Positions 24,492-37,585 of a stretch of 64,000 nucleotides of DNA are shown piece after piece (within the stretch, counting starts at the first letter, position 1; each line of letters starts with the position of its first letter). Below the pieces are notes generated by a model. That model had not been told where the DNA came from. It saw only the letters and a list, made by a program, of their open reading frames with translations, and made no database searches. The position numbers and the translations under genes are program-made. Where the stretch lies: positions 24,565,237 to 24,629,236 of the forward strand of contig NC_092672.1 in assembly GCF_964355755.1 (NCBI RefSeq). Direction: 5' to 3'. This stretch comes from Antedon mediterranea (Eukaryota > Animalia > Echinodermata).

Positions 24492-24693
24492 AATAGTGCA
24501 ACACAATATCTAGAAATTGATGTACAGATGACATGTCAGAACAAATACTCAGAGATACATTATAGCATTTATGTTATAAGAGTTTAGTTAATAGTACAAC
24601 ACAATATCTAGAAATTGATGTACAGATGACATGTCAGAACAAATACTCAGAGGTACATTATAGCATTTATGTTATAAGAGTTTAGTTAATAGT
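24492..24693. repeat. 98-bp tandem duplication
   Basis: AATAGT(G/A)CAACACAATATCTAGAAATTGATG... at 24492 and 24590. Confidence 0.9.
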
Positions 24694-25945
24694 CCCATTT
24701 TGATATTTGAGTGTCTTTTTTGTTTTCATTAATTCTAAAAGCAAGTAATATAATTTAAAATACAAATTGCCGGTGAAATATTATTATATTGCACACAGTA
24801 AAATGAATGTAGTCAGAAATGAAAAAATAAGAATCTTGTTGATATATTAAATTTTAATATATCTTCTTTCTTGTTTATCTGTGTATAAATAGACCTTTAT
24901 TATGTTTTTATATGTTCATTGTCACTCAGTCACATATTTTCCATCCTCATGTTTGGTGTAGGACATTAAAACTGCATTTCATTGTTATGTTTTCTTAGTT
25001 TTCAAAGCTTGTTCTTTAATATCAGTTCAAACTGGTGGAGAACAACAACCTGGTTGAATATTCTATCAGTCTCCTATTATTCAATGTTTGTAATGTCTTG
25101 ATTTGTGGTGAAAAGAATATTTGATGGTTGATGTAATGTATGTTTCTTGGTGGTGTCATTAGAAAGAAGTAATTTTTGCAACTTCATTCTACTTGTACAC
25201 CCTTGAAAAGAAATTACATAAAATGAACAATTAAAAATCAAAGTTAATAAAATTAAACATAATGTTAAAATTAGAAGCCATGCATATAGGCATAAAAGGC
25301 CCAAAAGTGGAAAGATTCGTTCTGTCACACCTTGGTCAAATCATCTTGAATAAATATAGGTACTACAGTAAGTAAGTAATGAATATAATGCTAACCTAAC
25401 CTAGTGTTATTACATGTATTTGGTTTTTGGAAAAAATGGTAAAATAGTGCTCAAGCTTTTGTTTGTCAGAGCGGCATGCATGAGAGAATCATGAACAAAA
25501 ATACCATACCTACCGCCCGTTTGAGATTTAAAGTTTGAAATGGTTCATGTGCTGCTAGCGACCTTTTAAGTGATCTGCATTTTGATGCAAGAAATTGGCC
25601 AAGAATTACCAATTGCAGCATTCGGCAGCTTGTAAAAAAATTGATCAAAAACACATTTTTCATACAAATTTGCTGTTCTAACATAGCTTAATAGATAAAG
25701 GGGAATCAACCGATGCCCTTAGCTCAAAAGGCGCTAGTTATCAGTCTTCTGGTTTAGGAAGAGTCAGAGTAACAAATTTTAAGAGCCATTGTCTGTAAAA
25801 ATCAAAGATTTGGTGGCAGATGTAAAAAAATGGATTTCTCTCAAATTTTTACCATGAATAGACATTTCACTAAAAAGCATATCTACATCATTCATTTGAA
25901 TTTTTAGCCTCTGTTGCCATGACAACGGTCAATTCACAAGGCCAT

Positions 25946-28359
25946 TCAGAGAATCTTGTATTCGATCGATGGGCCAATGGATAACTCAGGAATCATGGGA
26001 GGAGGTGTATTTGGCAGAATCAGGAGATAAAATGGCAGAAATCCTTGAAAATATACTAAAACAAAAATACGAAGAACATTTTCCGCAAAAAGTAATTCGA
26101 CGACGAAATAATGAAAAGCCGTGGATGAACTATCGCATACATAAATTGATTGATGAGCGACAAAAGGCATATAGATCTAATAATATAAATTTATGGCGAA
26201 GCCTAAGAAACAAAGTAAAGTATGAAATTAACAAAGCTAAAGAGAAACATTATAAGGATAATATAGAAGGACTAAAAAATGCACAACCCGGTAAATGGAA
26301 TAAAACAATTAAAAACATTACAGGATATAACAATAAGTCAGACAATGTTAAATTAAATAATTATGGTGAATCTGTTGAAGAACAGGCTGAACAAATTAAT
26401 GAACATTTCTCAAGAGTATGTTGCCAGCTTCCACCACTCAGATTGGAAACACTTCCCTCGTACTTGCCTACAAAACCACCCCCCAAAATATACCATGGAG
26501 AAATTTGGAAGAGTTTAAACAAATTAAACTCCAATAAATCTGGCCACCCAGATGATATTCCGGTGAAACTCATTAAGCTGTTTTCTTTTGAAATAGCACA
26601 ACCCCTGTTTTTAATCTTTAATACCTGTCTAAACGAAGGGGTGTTTCCAACTGTGTGGAAGACCGCATCAATTGTACCAGTACCTAAAGTTAAAAAACCG
26701 ACAATGGTTGGCCAATTACGACCTATTTCACTAACTAAAATATTGGGTAGAGTATTTGAATCATTCCTAGCGGGATGGTTAAAAACGGATTTCGAACCAG
26801 TATTGGATTGTAAACATATGGTAACGTGAGAGGAACTAGTACAACACACTACTTAGTAGATATGTTGAATACGGTTATATTCAATATTGATGTGCCAGGG
26901 ACCTACGCCACATTATGTACAGTTGATTTCACAACTGCGTTTGATAGGATAAACCATAATGTTGCTATTTCAAAGATGATAGAATCTGGTGTTAGACCGT
27001 CGATAATTCCAACGATTAGCAGTTTTCTGATGAATCGCACCCAGTGTGTGAAATTTAAGGGACATTGTTCTGGACTAAGAACTATAACGTGTGGGGTCCC
27101 CCAGGGTACCAAACTGGGACCCAGCATATTTACTGTTATGGTGAATGATGCGGGTAACACCACTGATAATCGTTGGAAATTTGTGGATGATCTAACACTG
27201 GGAGAAATAATTAATATAAAAAATAATAGTACATCATCAGAACTTCAATCCCATTTAGATTCCTTGAGTTGTTGGTGTAAACAAAATGACATGCTACCCA
27301 AGCCTTCGAAGTGCCTTGTTATTAATATAAATTTTATGAAATCCCAAATAAACTACCCCCAATTTACTATAAGTGGTGAAAAAATTGATACTGTACATAG
27401 TATGAAATTATTAGGTCTTGAGCTACAAGACAATTTAGGTTGGGATATCCAAATCAAAAGTATTATCTCTAGAGCAAGTAGAAGAATGTTTCTTCTTTAT
27501 GCATTGAGAGGATATAGTGCACCTATTGGTGACATGTTAAGTATTTATCAACTCTATATTCTATTATACTTGGCCAGGACTATGAGAGCTATGATACGGC
27601 CCTTACTCAACTTAAAATTACCAGCCTTGCTGAACGTAGAGAAAAATTAACATTAAAATTTGGAGAAGGTATCCTTAAGTCAGAGAGACATCGTAATATG
27701 CTGCCTGCTGAAAGACCTAATATATCTAGATTACGTAACCCCAATAGATTTACATTACCTAAAATAAAAACTAACCGATATAAAAATTCAACGATTCCCT
27801 ATATTATAAACAAATTAAATTCCTCCTGTGAAAAATTAAATTTAAAAAATATATAATAAATGATTGTGCAATATTACCGCCTAAAATAATCAAATGAAGA
27901 GCACTGCAGACAACGTTTAATATTAATATATACTGTAAACTTTTATTTTCCGAAATTTAATATATTTTTGTAGATTTTTAATGTTGTGAATATTTTAGTG
28001 AATAATTGTGCAATGTTGCCACCTATACTAAAAGATAATAATAATAATAATCAAATAAAGAACAGTGCAGATAGGTTTTATTTTGGATATTTTAATGTAA
28101 ATTTTTCGTTTTTTTTTAAATAAAAGTGCAATTGTATTTTCCAAAATTGTGTATATATTTTAAGATTCTTAATATTTTAAATTTTAGTGAATAATTGTGA
28201 AATTTTGTAATTGTATATTCCGAATTTATTATTGTAGTTTTTATAGATTTCATTTCAATATTTTTTATTGTAATACAAACGTTATTAGCTATGTGCTATT
28301 GTTTTTGTAATTTTATATATACCGTAATAAATATAAAAAAAATAAATAAATAAAAAAAA
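25946..28359 (+). mobile_element. 5'-truncated CR1-group LINE inserted in the left TIR of the Sola3-like element
   Basis: KPWMN, FPTVWKTASIVPVPK, LRPISLT, DFTTAFDRINH, GVPQGTKLGP and KFVDDLT. Frameshift at ~26820, apparent internal deletions near 27560-27650, long AT-rich 3' UTR and A-rich tail. Confidence 0.9.
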
Positions 28360-29687
28360 TTATCCAAATTTTGATGTTTTTGCCATTTTTCACAGATTTT
28401 CTATAGTGAAAAAGTACAAACTTGTATACTTATTTTAACCAAAAATACTTACAGTATACAGTTTTTGTTTGTAGCAGTGTAAACAACATGTATTGAGTTC
28501 TATTTAATGTAGAAAAAAAAATACAAAATGGAGTTTGGTTGATACCATTATTTTAAAAAGGGGTGTTTTTAAAAAATATTTTTTTTATAAAAGTATACCT
28601 CATAAACGTACCTATAACTTCCAAAGTGGTGTTTTTAAATCAATGAGGTTTTTTAATTTGATAGTCAATAGGTTTGTTAACAATACGGTAATCACAAAAA
28701 AAACACTGGGGTAAATTTTGTACATAGGTTTTGTTGCCAGGAAAATACGAAAAATACAAAAAATATAATAAAATATCAACAAACAAAACACATGAAACAC
28801 AATTTAAATATGGCTAATCCAATAAAAAAATGTATATGTGGCTTGTCATAATGCTACTAGAGTCATACGAATATTTTAGATAAAATAGGAGAATGTGTTG
28901 CCAGGTTTATTTCAATTAATTGCCAGAAAAACAGTATTTTGCATTGAAATATTTAGTAGGAAAATGTTATGCCATTGGAATGTTAAACTTGGAAATAATT
29001 GCGTCAATGGTTTTTATAAATTTTTAAATCTATTTTGTGTAAAGAGATACAGAAAGACCTCCCAAAAAATCTGACCTTGTAAATAAGTCATTTAAGGTCA
29101 AAAGGGGTCAGAATGGAAAACAGGACAGGTCCCCACTTTACTACAACTATTAATGTTTGATCAAAATTTACAAGATAGTTCATAACAATTCTCAACAATT
29201 TTCATATTTTACCTATAGTGTTACCTTAGCAACCATTTCTATGTGTAGCTAAGGAAAGTAATTTTTAAAAAAACGTAAAAAATGGCGTTTTTATAAATAC
29301 AAAGAATTGATTGCATTTGTAATTTTTCTCAATTTTACTTCAACTGCATTCCATTAATGACAAACTTGACCTTGTAAATTCATTCATTTTGAGGTCAACA
29401 TTTTACCATAGTAACTGTTTCTATGCGAAAATTTCAAACAAAATAAGGGGTTTTTCATAAATACAAAACATTTTTTCTACATAGTTTTACATTTCTACTT
29501 TTTGCCAAATTTACTTTAAATACTGAATCATAATAATCTCAGAAAGAAAGTCTTGACGAATCTGAATAAAGGTAAAAAAAAATTAAAATATGGAGTTTTC
29601 ATGAAAAAAAAAAAATTACATATTGAGGTCAAATGACATCAACATTTTACCTATAGTGTATTGTAGCAACTGTTTCTATACTAACTA

Positions 29688-30353
29688 CCGTACTGACGCG
29701 GGTATAAGCCCATACTCGGGTATAAGCCCACCCCCAACTTTTGACTAATTTTTATGAAAAATGTGGCACTCGGGTATAAGCCCACCCATTAATTCGAAGA
29801 TCTACAGTGTGTGTCGTAATACATTATTTTGTATTTGGCGACGTCCATACACCGAATACACCTACCTTTGATCATAACCAAGCTAGGCTAATATACGCTA
29901 GGCCATATGAGGCCTATCGGTCCTGTTTTGTTTACACTCCATCGCGGTCGAAGATCGCTTCACACACGACGCTACAAGTCGCCAAAACGGAAAACCACTA
30001 TTTGGTATCGGCTGCCATAAACAAGCTTATTAAATTTCTTTGGTACATTTCTATTTAACGAACATTGTATACTTGCTTTTCTGCTTGATAAATTCTTGTT
30101 AAATTGATGTTTAAAATAAGATATTTTACGATAAATTACACGAACTATAAACTTAATTTTCCGACACTCTACACCTCGTGTATTTAGAGGCAACGTTGTA
30201 CACGTGAGGGCGCTCGCTCGCATGGTGGAATACACAGTGTACATGTAATGTTTTTGACGATCTGCATTTTTGGATCCTCGGGTATAAGCCCACCCCCAAA
30301 CTTGACGTGATTTCATGTTCGAGGGGGGTGGGCTTATACCCGCGTCAGTACGG
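29688..30353. mobile_element. Tc1/mariner (pogo-type) MITE
   Basis: Perfect 25-bp TIR CCGTACTGACGCGGGTATAAGCCCA, TA TSD, and internal repeats of CTCGGGTATAAGCCCACCC. Confidence 0.9.
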
Positions 30354-30941
30354 TAAGTACAATATTTTTAATATGGGGTTTCATGACTACAAACAATTGA
30401 TTACATAGCTTTACTACCTTTTCCCAAATTTACTTATCTACTGAATCCCAGAAAATGTCTGACCTTGTGAAAGGGTCATTTGTTGGGTCAAGTTATGTCA
30501 AAATGTATATGTATATTTATGTTATCTTAGAACCTGTTTCTATGCATAACTAAGGATAATTGCTGCTCTAGCCCGCTACGTCACACGAGATGACTCATTC
30601 TTTATATGAAATCAAGCAGCAGTATAGTACTACACTTTGACATTTTTGTTAAAATGGAAACTCGACTATAATTTATAGGTACCATCTGTTGAATCCAAAA
30701 AACGGCTGGGAAAGAGTCTAATGACAAATCCCAAAGCATTTCTGGTATTTATGAGTCCCATGATATTACTATAATTCACTGTCAAATAATCATTGAATTA
30801 TTATCAAAACAGTCCATTGAAGTTTTTGTTTGTAATAGGATACTTGAAGTATCTAGGCTTGATGAAGTGACCCCCAGACTTGACCTTAGCAATATCAATA
30901 AGCAAGCAGCGTTTTTTGTAAGAAATATTCTTGTTTAAATA

Positions 30942-31365
30942 CAGTTGAACCTCCCGTAAGTGGCCACCCTCGAGACCTGGAAAAGTGGCCGCTTATAATT
31001 GTAGGCCTGTTATTTATAATCAGGTGATTTAGTATTTTTTAGCATTTTCAGACCAATTTTAAAAACTTTTATCATATGAAAAATGGTTGGTCAAAATCAG
31101 TGTAGTTTTCTCATCTCTTCACAGTAATGTTTTTAAAACCTCTTCAAAATAAAGCTAATATATAAAGAAATACAATAAACATGCACCTCTAATTCATAGG
31201 TTCATGCAATAAGTATCACATTTTTCGATTGGCCGCTTACAAAAAATCTCATTTTTTGTATAAAAAGGTGCCCGCAGCTGCTTACGGTAAGCACCAAATG
31301 CACTAATTAGATAGGAAGAACAAACAGGCTTTTCAAAGTGCGTCCGTTAAGGGAGGTGGCCGCTG
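30942..31365. mobile_element. Degenerate Tigger/pogo-type MITE
   Basis: TA|CAGTTGAACCTCCCGTAAGTGGCCACC at the left end; ...TAAGGGAGGTGGCCGCTG|TA at the right; internal GGCCGCTTA repeats. Confidence 0.6.
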
Positions 31366-33895
31366 TAAATAAAATATGGGGTTTTTATGAATAAAAATAA
31401 TCACAGAAGAAAGTGTTTACAAATATGACCTTGTGAAACGGTAATTTGAAAATGCAAATAAGGCATTGCCTGCTAATAATCTACAAATTAAAATTAAATT
31501 TGTATAAGATAAATAGGCAAAATCTAAAGAATATCTCAATTTTAGTTACCATAGTAACTGTTGCTATGCATAACTAAGGGAAATTCAATAATTATCAGAT
31601 AATTATTAATTAATAATTAATACTGAATCCAACCATCATAGTAAAAAAAATATAGAAATTAAAACCAATATTTAATAATAAAGTGTGATATTTTACATGC
31701 TGACCTTAAATGAAATGAAATTTCAAATCAGGGCTTCAATATTTGTTATGTAGCATTAACATACCTGAGTATATCATTGACTTTTGATTGGTTCTATTTT
31801 GGGGAGGAAAAAGTGGTTGATCTAGGACTTTTAAATAGTTAGGAGGTTGAAGGCGAGGGTCTAAAAACTTAACTTTATGTCCTATCTTTTGCATTGCAAT
31901 TTTTAACTTGGGGTGGGTGGGGGCTTGGAGAAAGGGGGAGGGGGTGGGATGTAGGAGTTTGAATCTGTCTATTCATTGGGGCGATAGTAGCGGCAGTGTG
32001 GGTGGTGTTTGAATGCATGCATTTGACACTCTATAGTGGATGATCGACCGAAGTGTTGCAGTTTATCTTGTTGTGGTTATAGTCAGGGTGGGTGGGGGGG
32101 GGGAGGGATGGTAGTCGAAAGTGGTGGTGGATGGGCATGTGGGATCTGCTTAGGTTAGCAAATAAAAGAAGTAAACAAATGAAAGAGGAGCTTCAAAATA
32201 AGAGAGGAGTAATCTGTTGCAAAGATTAAAATTCACAACGATCTGATAATTTATTCAAATTTCCAGAGGATATAACCTATAGAATGACATTAAAACTGAG
32301 AATTACAGAATCTATAATTAAAAATTTATTTTTTTTTCTCACAACACAACTAGAACTATATAAAATATTAAGAATTTTTCTGACCAATGAGTTTCAAATC
32401 AAATAATCAAAGAAAATAAAATGTTTTTATTAATATACCATGTTTTTTTTTTATAAAAATGCCTATGTTTCTCGCAACACTGCTTGCAGATTTTAAATTT
32501 ACCCCAGTATTTTATTTTAGAAATCAATTATTAAACATTGGAACTACCTATTTGTAATAAATCAGCTAAAAAAATACACCACTTTGTTCGTTATGGTGAA
32601 GTAAAGTTTAGTTGCATTGAACAATTTAAAAAAAGTGAAAAACACCCCTTTTTATATAAATGGTATCTCCCAAAGTATGAAATAAAAAAAAATAAAAAAA
32701 TTTGAAACAGGTGCACAATGCATTGTTATTATGCATACACTAATTATTTTTTATAAATAAATGAACAAAACAAAAATATCGTTCATCAAGGTAGTACCAA
32801 TATCCATTTTAAAAAACCTTAAAAAAGGACAAAATTTGTCAAAAACACAAATTTGGCCGTTGCCATGGGAATATACATGTGAAATAAAAAATACTTCATA
32901 TTTGATTTTTCTCAACACATATATAGCCATGTGCAAAATTTGAAAGAAATCCATTTTTTTGAGTCTGCCACTCTTTTTGATATTTCTTTGATTCTTACAG
33001 ACAATGGCTCTTAAGTTGTATAATAATATAGATTGGCTTGCTACTCATAATAGTCATTGTTGGTTAATATTTGCCTATTTTTGTCTTATAAAAAATCTGA
33101 AGTATTCTACCTATTTTTGAGTTATTTAAAATTGGTTATTGATTTTGTCTTTTAAATTGTTAAACTGTGCGTAGTGTTACCAATTTGAAAGGTATTAAAA
33201 TCAATTCCAAGACTGGAATTCTGTTTGGATATTATAGATGAAATACCCTTGTAGCATCGCAAAGATATCGTTTTTGATAGATGAATTTGACAATTGGAAA
33301 AAAAAAATATTATTAGAAGTCCATGGGCCAGACATTGTTTGGTATCAAATTGGTGGCAAATGCTACCATACATTTTTGGAAAGCTTAGTATGTCTACTTT
33401 TTAGAAATCCATGATAGCAATGCCAATTGTACAGCTTAATAATCATTTTTATGATTATATAACACGCCTACAGCAAATATGCAACACAAAATTTTGGGTA
33501 GGTGGTAAGTGTAATTTTGCAAATCCAACAATTATTGACAACATTAGAGGTCAGAAGGTCATCGAACTTTAATAAAAAATGAATATTTGTCTAATAATAA
33601 CTTTTGACAAAACAAATACAATATAGATCTTATGCAAATAGATGTTTTTCCAAAACAAGAATGTTCCAATGAACAAGAAAATTGAATTAAAAAAAGAAGA
33701 ATATACAAATTGTTGTACTTAATATTATTATGAATTTAAAAGAGAAATAAATATATACCTTTGAATTTGTTTTTTTTAAATTACAGTATAACAAAGTTTA
33801 CTAAAAATACTCTGGGATTAAAAACTTGATTTCCGATATGATAATTATCTATATTATGTGAAATATAATAATCTCTATGTGCTTAATATTTTCAG

Positions 33896-33994
33896 TATAA
33901 AAGAACACCTTTGTCTTATGCTGCCCAAGCTGGTGACAGCAGCACATGTATGTGCCTGATCAATGCAGGATCAGACGTGAATATTGCAGACAAG
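33896..33994 (+). CDS. Ankyrin-repeat protein, internal 99-bp exon
   Basis: TTTTCAG|...|GTAAGT boundaries, phase 0. Encodes YKRTPLSYAAQAGDSSTCMCLINAGSDVNIADK, one 33-aa ankyrin repeat. Confidence 0.88.
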
Positions 33995-36900
33995 GTAAGT
34001 TCTGCATACTTGTATTTAAGTGTCTCAAGTAATTGTATAATTTTAACAAAATATTTAAACTTTTTTTTGCAATTTAAAAAGTCTAGATTAATTTTTCATA
34101 AAATCTATAATTTTGACTGATTTAATGTTGTAATTATAGAAAAAAGAAATCTTCACTCATCTTAAACCTTTTTCATTATTTTAATGATTTACATTAATAC
34201 ATACAACAAATACAATACATTAGTTTATATTTTTTATTGACATGTTTGCCAAATATAATTGTGGCACATTTCAACAAATTACAGCATATAATTACTGTAG
34301 ATAAAACCTGTTTAAATTACATTTGCTCATAAGAGCATTATCGTTCTACAGAATGTGCCTTGAAAGCTTTGGTCTTTGCTCTATCGTCCTACTGTACCCC
34401 ATTGCTTGTAGTATAATATCCCACTACCCGGTCTGTGTTAACTATAAAGGCATCCATGTACAGTATACTAATTTATATTGTATTTACCTGTTTCAAATGA
34501 AAAAATGGATAGCAAAATTGTTTTAAATTTAAAGAAATGCAGAGAATAATTTGCAAGCATCATAATTATATTTGAACATAATGAACAACTATCTAAAAGG
34601 TAGTCTTCTTTATTGTACCTTTTTAATATCCTAGATGTGGGTAAAGTACTTTACAAGAATTAATCCGCTCTCACTTCTCATCTGTTGTGCTGGCATACAT
34701 ATTTTATTTGTTTTATTCTTTGACTTCATTTATATATTATCTTTCATTTATATGTAATTGTGAAACATTCTAAGCATGCCATTATTTGAAAATATTTTCT
34801 TATCTTATTTTATGCAATGTTATTATATTCTTCAATTTTCAACAACAGCTAGCTATTTAAAAAGAAAGAAAGTTGATTGAATATAATTGTATGTAAATTT
34901 TTCAGAAAATTCAGTCGATGATCACTGTTAAAAAAAAATATACAATAAGAAATATTTAATGCAGTATTTAAAATGAATTAATGAAAACAATTATGCATTT
35001 CTTCAATGGCCGCAAATGGTAACTGGCTGCAGGCCTTTTAATTTATTTTAAAGTCAGGTTTTTCAAAATTTACCCAACTTTGTCAATAAAATGATGCAAT
35101 ATTGGGAAATAAGTAAATAATATTCTAATTTTAGCTATTAATTATGTGAAAATTATTATATTTGAGACCTCTAATCAGTCTCATACTTAGTAACTTTATT
35201 AAAACTAAAGACAAGGTTGACATAATGATTTGTTTGTTGCTAGAGGATAACGGTGTATTACTATCAGCAAGTTTAAAAAAAAAATAATGTTCCTCAAATT
35301 TTCTAGACTATAAAACATGTCCTACTATAACAATTTGTCATGATCCATTTTAAATTTGAGTGCTAAATAAAACTTGTCTGCTAAATCTAAAACTTAGTTT
35401 TCTTCATCTTTCTGATTTGACAGTAAAACAAATGTAATGTCATTGCAAACCCTTGTTTATATCACCATGGTTAAGGAAAGTTTTAAAGAAAACTGAATAG
35501 GCCAAATTTGTTTTGTTACGTTCCATGTCCAGGATTTGAAATTTTTATTTTTTATTTGAGAAATTACAGTTCAGTTGTGTTTACATACCTTAGAGTGCGT
35601 AATAAATGCTTTATTTTTTTTTATTACCATTAAAATACACAATGTCTAATAGATTAAAAAGCCATCCATCTCGAAATTTGATTATAAAGGAAATGTGAAA
35701 CTAATTATTACATTTTGTTTTTATTTATTTTATCTTTCATATGTTATTATTATTCTATGATTTATATATACTACAGCTTGTGTATCTGACAGTGTTCTTT
35801 CTTCTTTTTTTAATTAAAAAATGCCCTTTTGCAGCAATGTCAAATGATCAAAGCTAAACATAATTGTCAAAAATAATAATTATTCTTAATTACAAACTGT
35901 CTTATTTACAAATGGGGGTCATCACTAAGTTTGTTTACACTTGATATACTTACTTTCTGCAATGTAAATTATAATATTTAAAGTACTATGTTATTTCAAA
36001 ATTACATGGAACAATAAAGTTATTGATTAATCATTAATACTCCTCACACTTTTTTAAAATTTTATTAATCAAATACTGTAATTTAATAATATTGATAATG
36101 TGCCAAATTGTTAAGTTAAATTGAGATTTGCTATTCTCTTAAAAACAAAAAACCAATATATTCTTAGGCTAAATCTTACATAATTTATTTTAAATTGTAT
36201 TTTTAAGTGTATATGGTCATTATTACAGTTATGATCGTACTTCAGTTGAAAATAATTTCCATTAAACAATTCTACAAGAGAAGGAGCACAATACATGCAA
36301 TGGCTTTCTTTAACTTACCAGTATTTTCAATTAATTCATTGCAATTATATCCTGCATTAATATCATTGCAATTATTATACTACTATATAATTTGTATTCA
36401 AGCAAATTATGTAGTTAGACAAGGGTAATAATGTCAGCTGCATTACATCAAATCAAGAAATTTTAATACAATTACACTGCTAGAAACAATGGTCAATCCA
36501 ATTGTGGTCCCAATATGTCCTTCATAAAGAATGGGAAAATAATAATAATAATGGATAAATAAATGACAAATATTGTTTATTATTATTATAACTTTAAAAT
36601 CATAGCACATGGGCAGTACTCACCAATTTTCATATTTGTTGCTCATACCAAAATGTAAAACCACTAATGCTAGAGAATTTATTTGTTACAGACTTATGGC
36701 AAAATCAGCATTTTATTAAACTATCGCATGGAAGTTTTCAAATAATATATACTATGGCCCTGTTTCTTCTGCCAAGAATATACACACTGTATATTATTTT
36801 ATATGGTATTTTTTGTGGCAGCAGAAATGGGTCTCATAAAAAATATACTGTATAAATATACCGTATAATCTTGATCATTATCGATATCGTTATCTCTGAT

Positions 36901-37409
36901 ATTTTATCATACTGTATATTTCTTGCACCTTTCTGCTGCGTCATGAATATACCATCTATATTGTTCACCCATAACACAAGGTTTGTTGAGCATACCCTAC
37001 TTAGAACAATTACTAAAATGTCACAGTGGACTGAAAATCTTAAGATATTTGCTCTATTTAAATGTGATAGAACCGAGGTTTCAGGGTAATAGGAGATGTG
37101 GGGTTTGGTTGTCGTCAAAACAAGTGAACAGTAAGCAGTACAAAACAGCAATGGACAATGACTGAAAGTTAGGTAGACACGGGGTTATCCGGTCCCATAT
37201 GGGATTTTACGGGGTCGAACCATAGCTATCTATTCCTCAATCCATATAATCCCACAAAGTAGTTTTCAAAGGAAACGGGTCACCGAATTATAATTCTAAT
37301 ATATTATTACGTTATGTTTATGCCGTACATATTGTAGCAGAAACAGGGCCTATCTTACATTAATGGCTCATTGGGATGACTAAAGGTTGGTATTAATAGT
37401 AATACCTAA

Positions 37410-37585
37410 GGGTAGACTCACAGCGTTAGGTTTGTTATCCAACACAAGGTAATCCTCTCTTGCTAGGGTTCCTATTAACGCAAATGGCGAGGCGTAACAG
37501 CTTCCTAACGGTAATCTGCAGCTTAGTTCACATACAAAAGTATGTACAATGCTTACATAACGCCACCGTGAGTCTGAACATACCC
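37410..37585. mobile_element. Small Harbinger/Tourist-like MITE
   Basis: TAA|GGGTA(..)GACTCAC..GCGTTA at left; TAACGCCACCGTGAGTCTGAACATACCC|TAA at right. TAA TSD; left TIR carries small deletions. Confidence 0.55.

Larger units (their letters stand above)
25783..33010. mobile_element. Non-autonomous Sola3-like DNA transposon with long imperfect TIRs
   Basis: Termini GAGCCATTGTCTGTAA(A/G)AATCAAAGA inverted at both ends, TTAA TSD (25779-25782, 33011-33014). Inverted similarity continues for several hundred bp (GTGGCAGA, AAAAAAATGGATTTCT, CCATG(A/G)CAACGG, AAAAAGGGGTGTTTTT). GAG ends, TTAA TSD and long TIRs fit Sola3. No transposase found. Confidence 0.75.
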
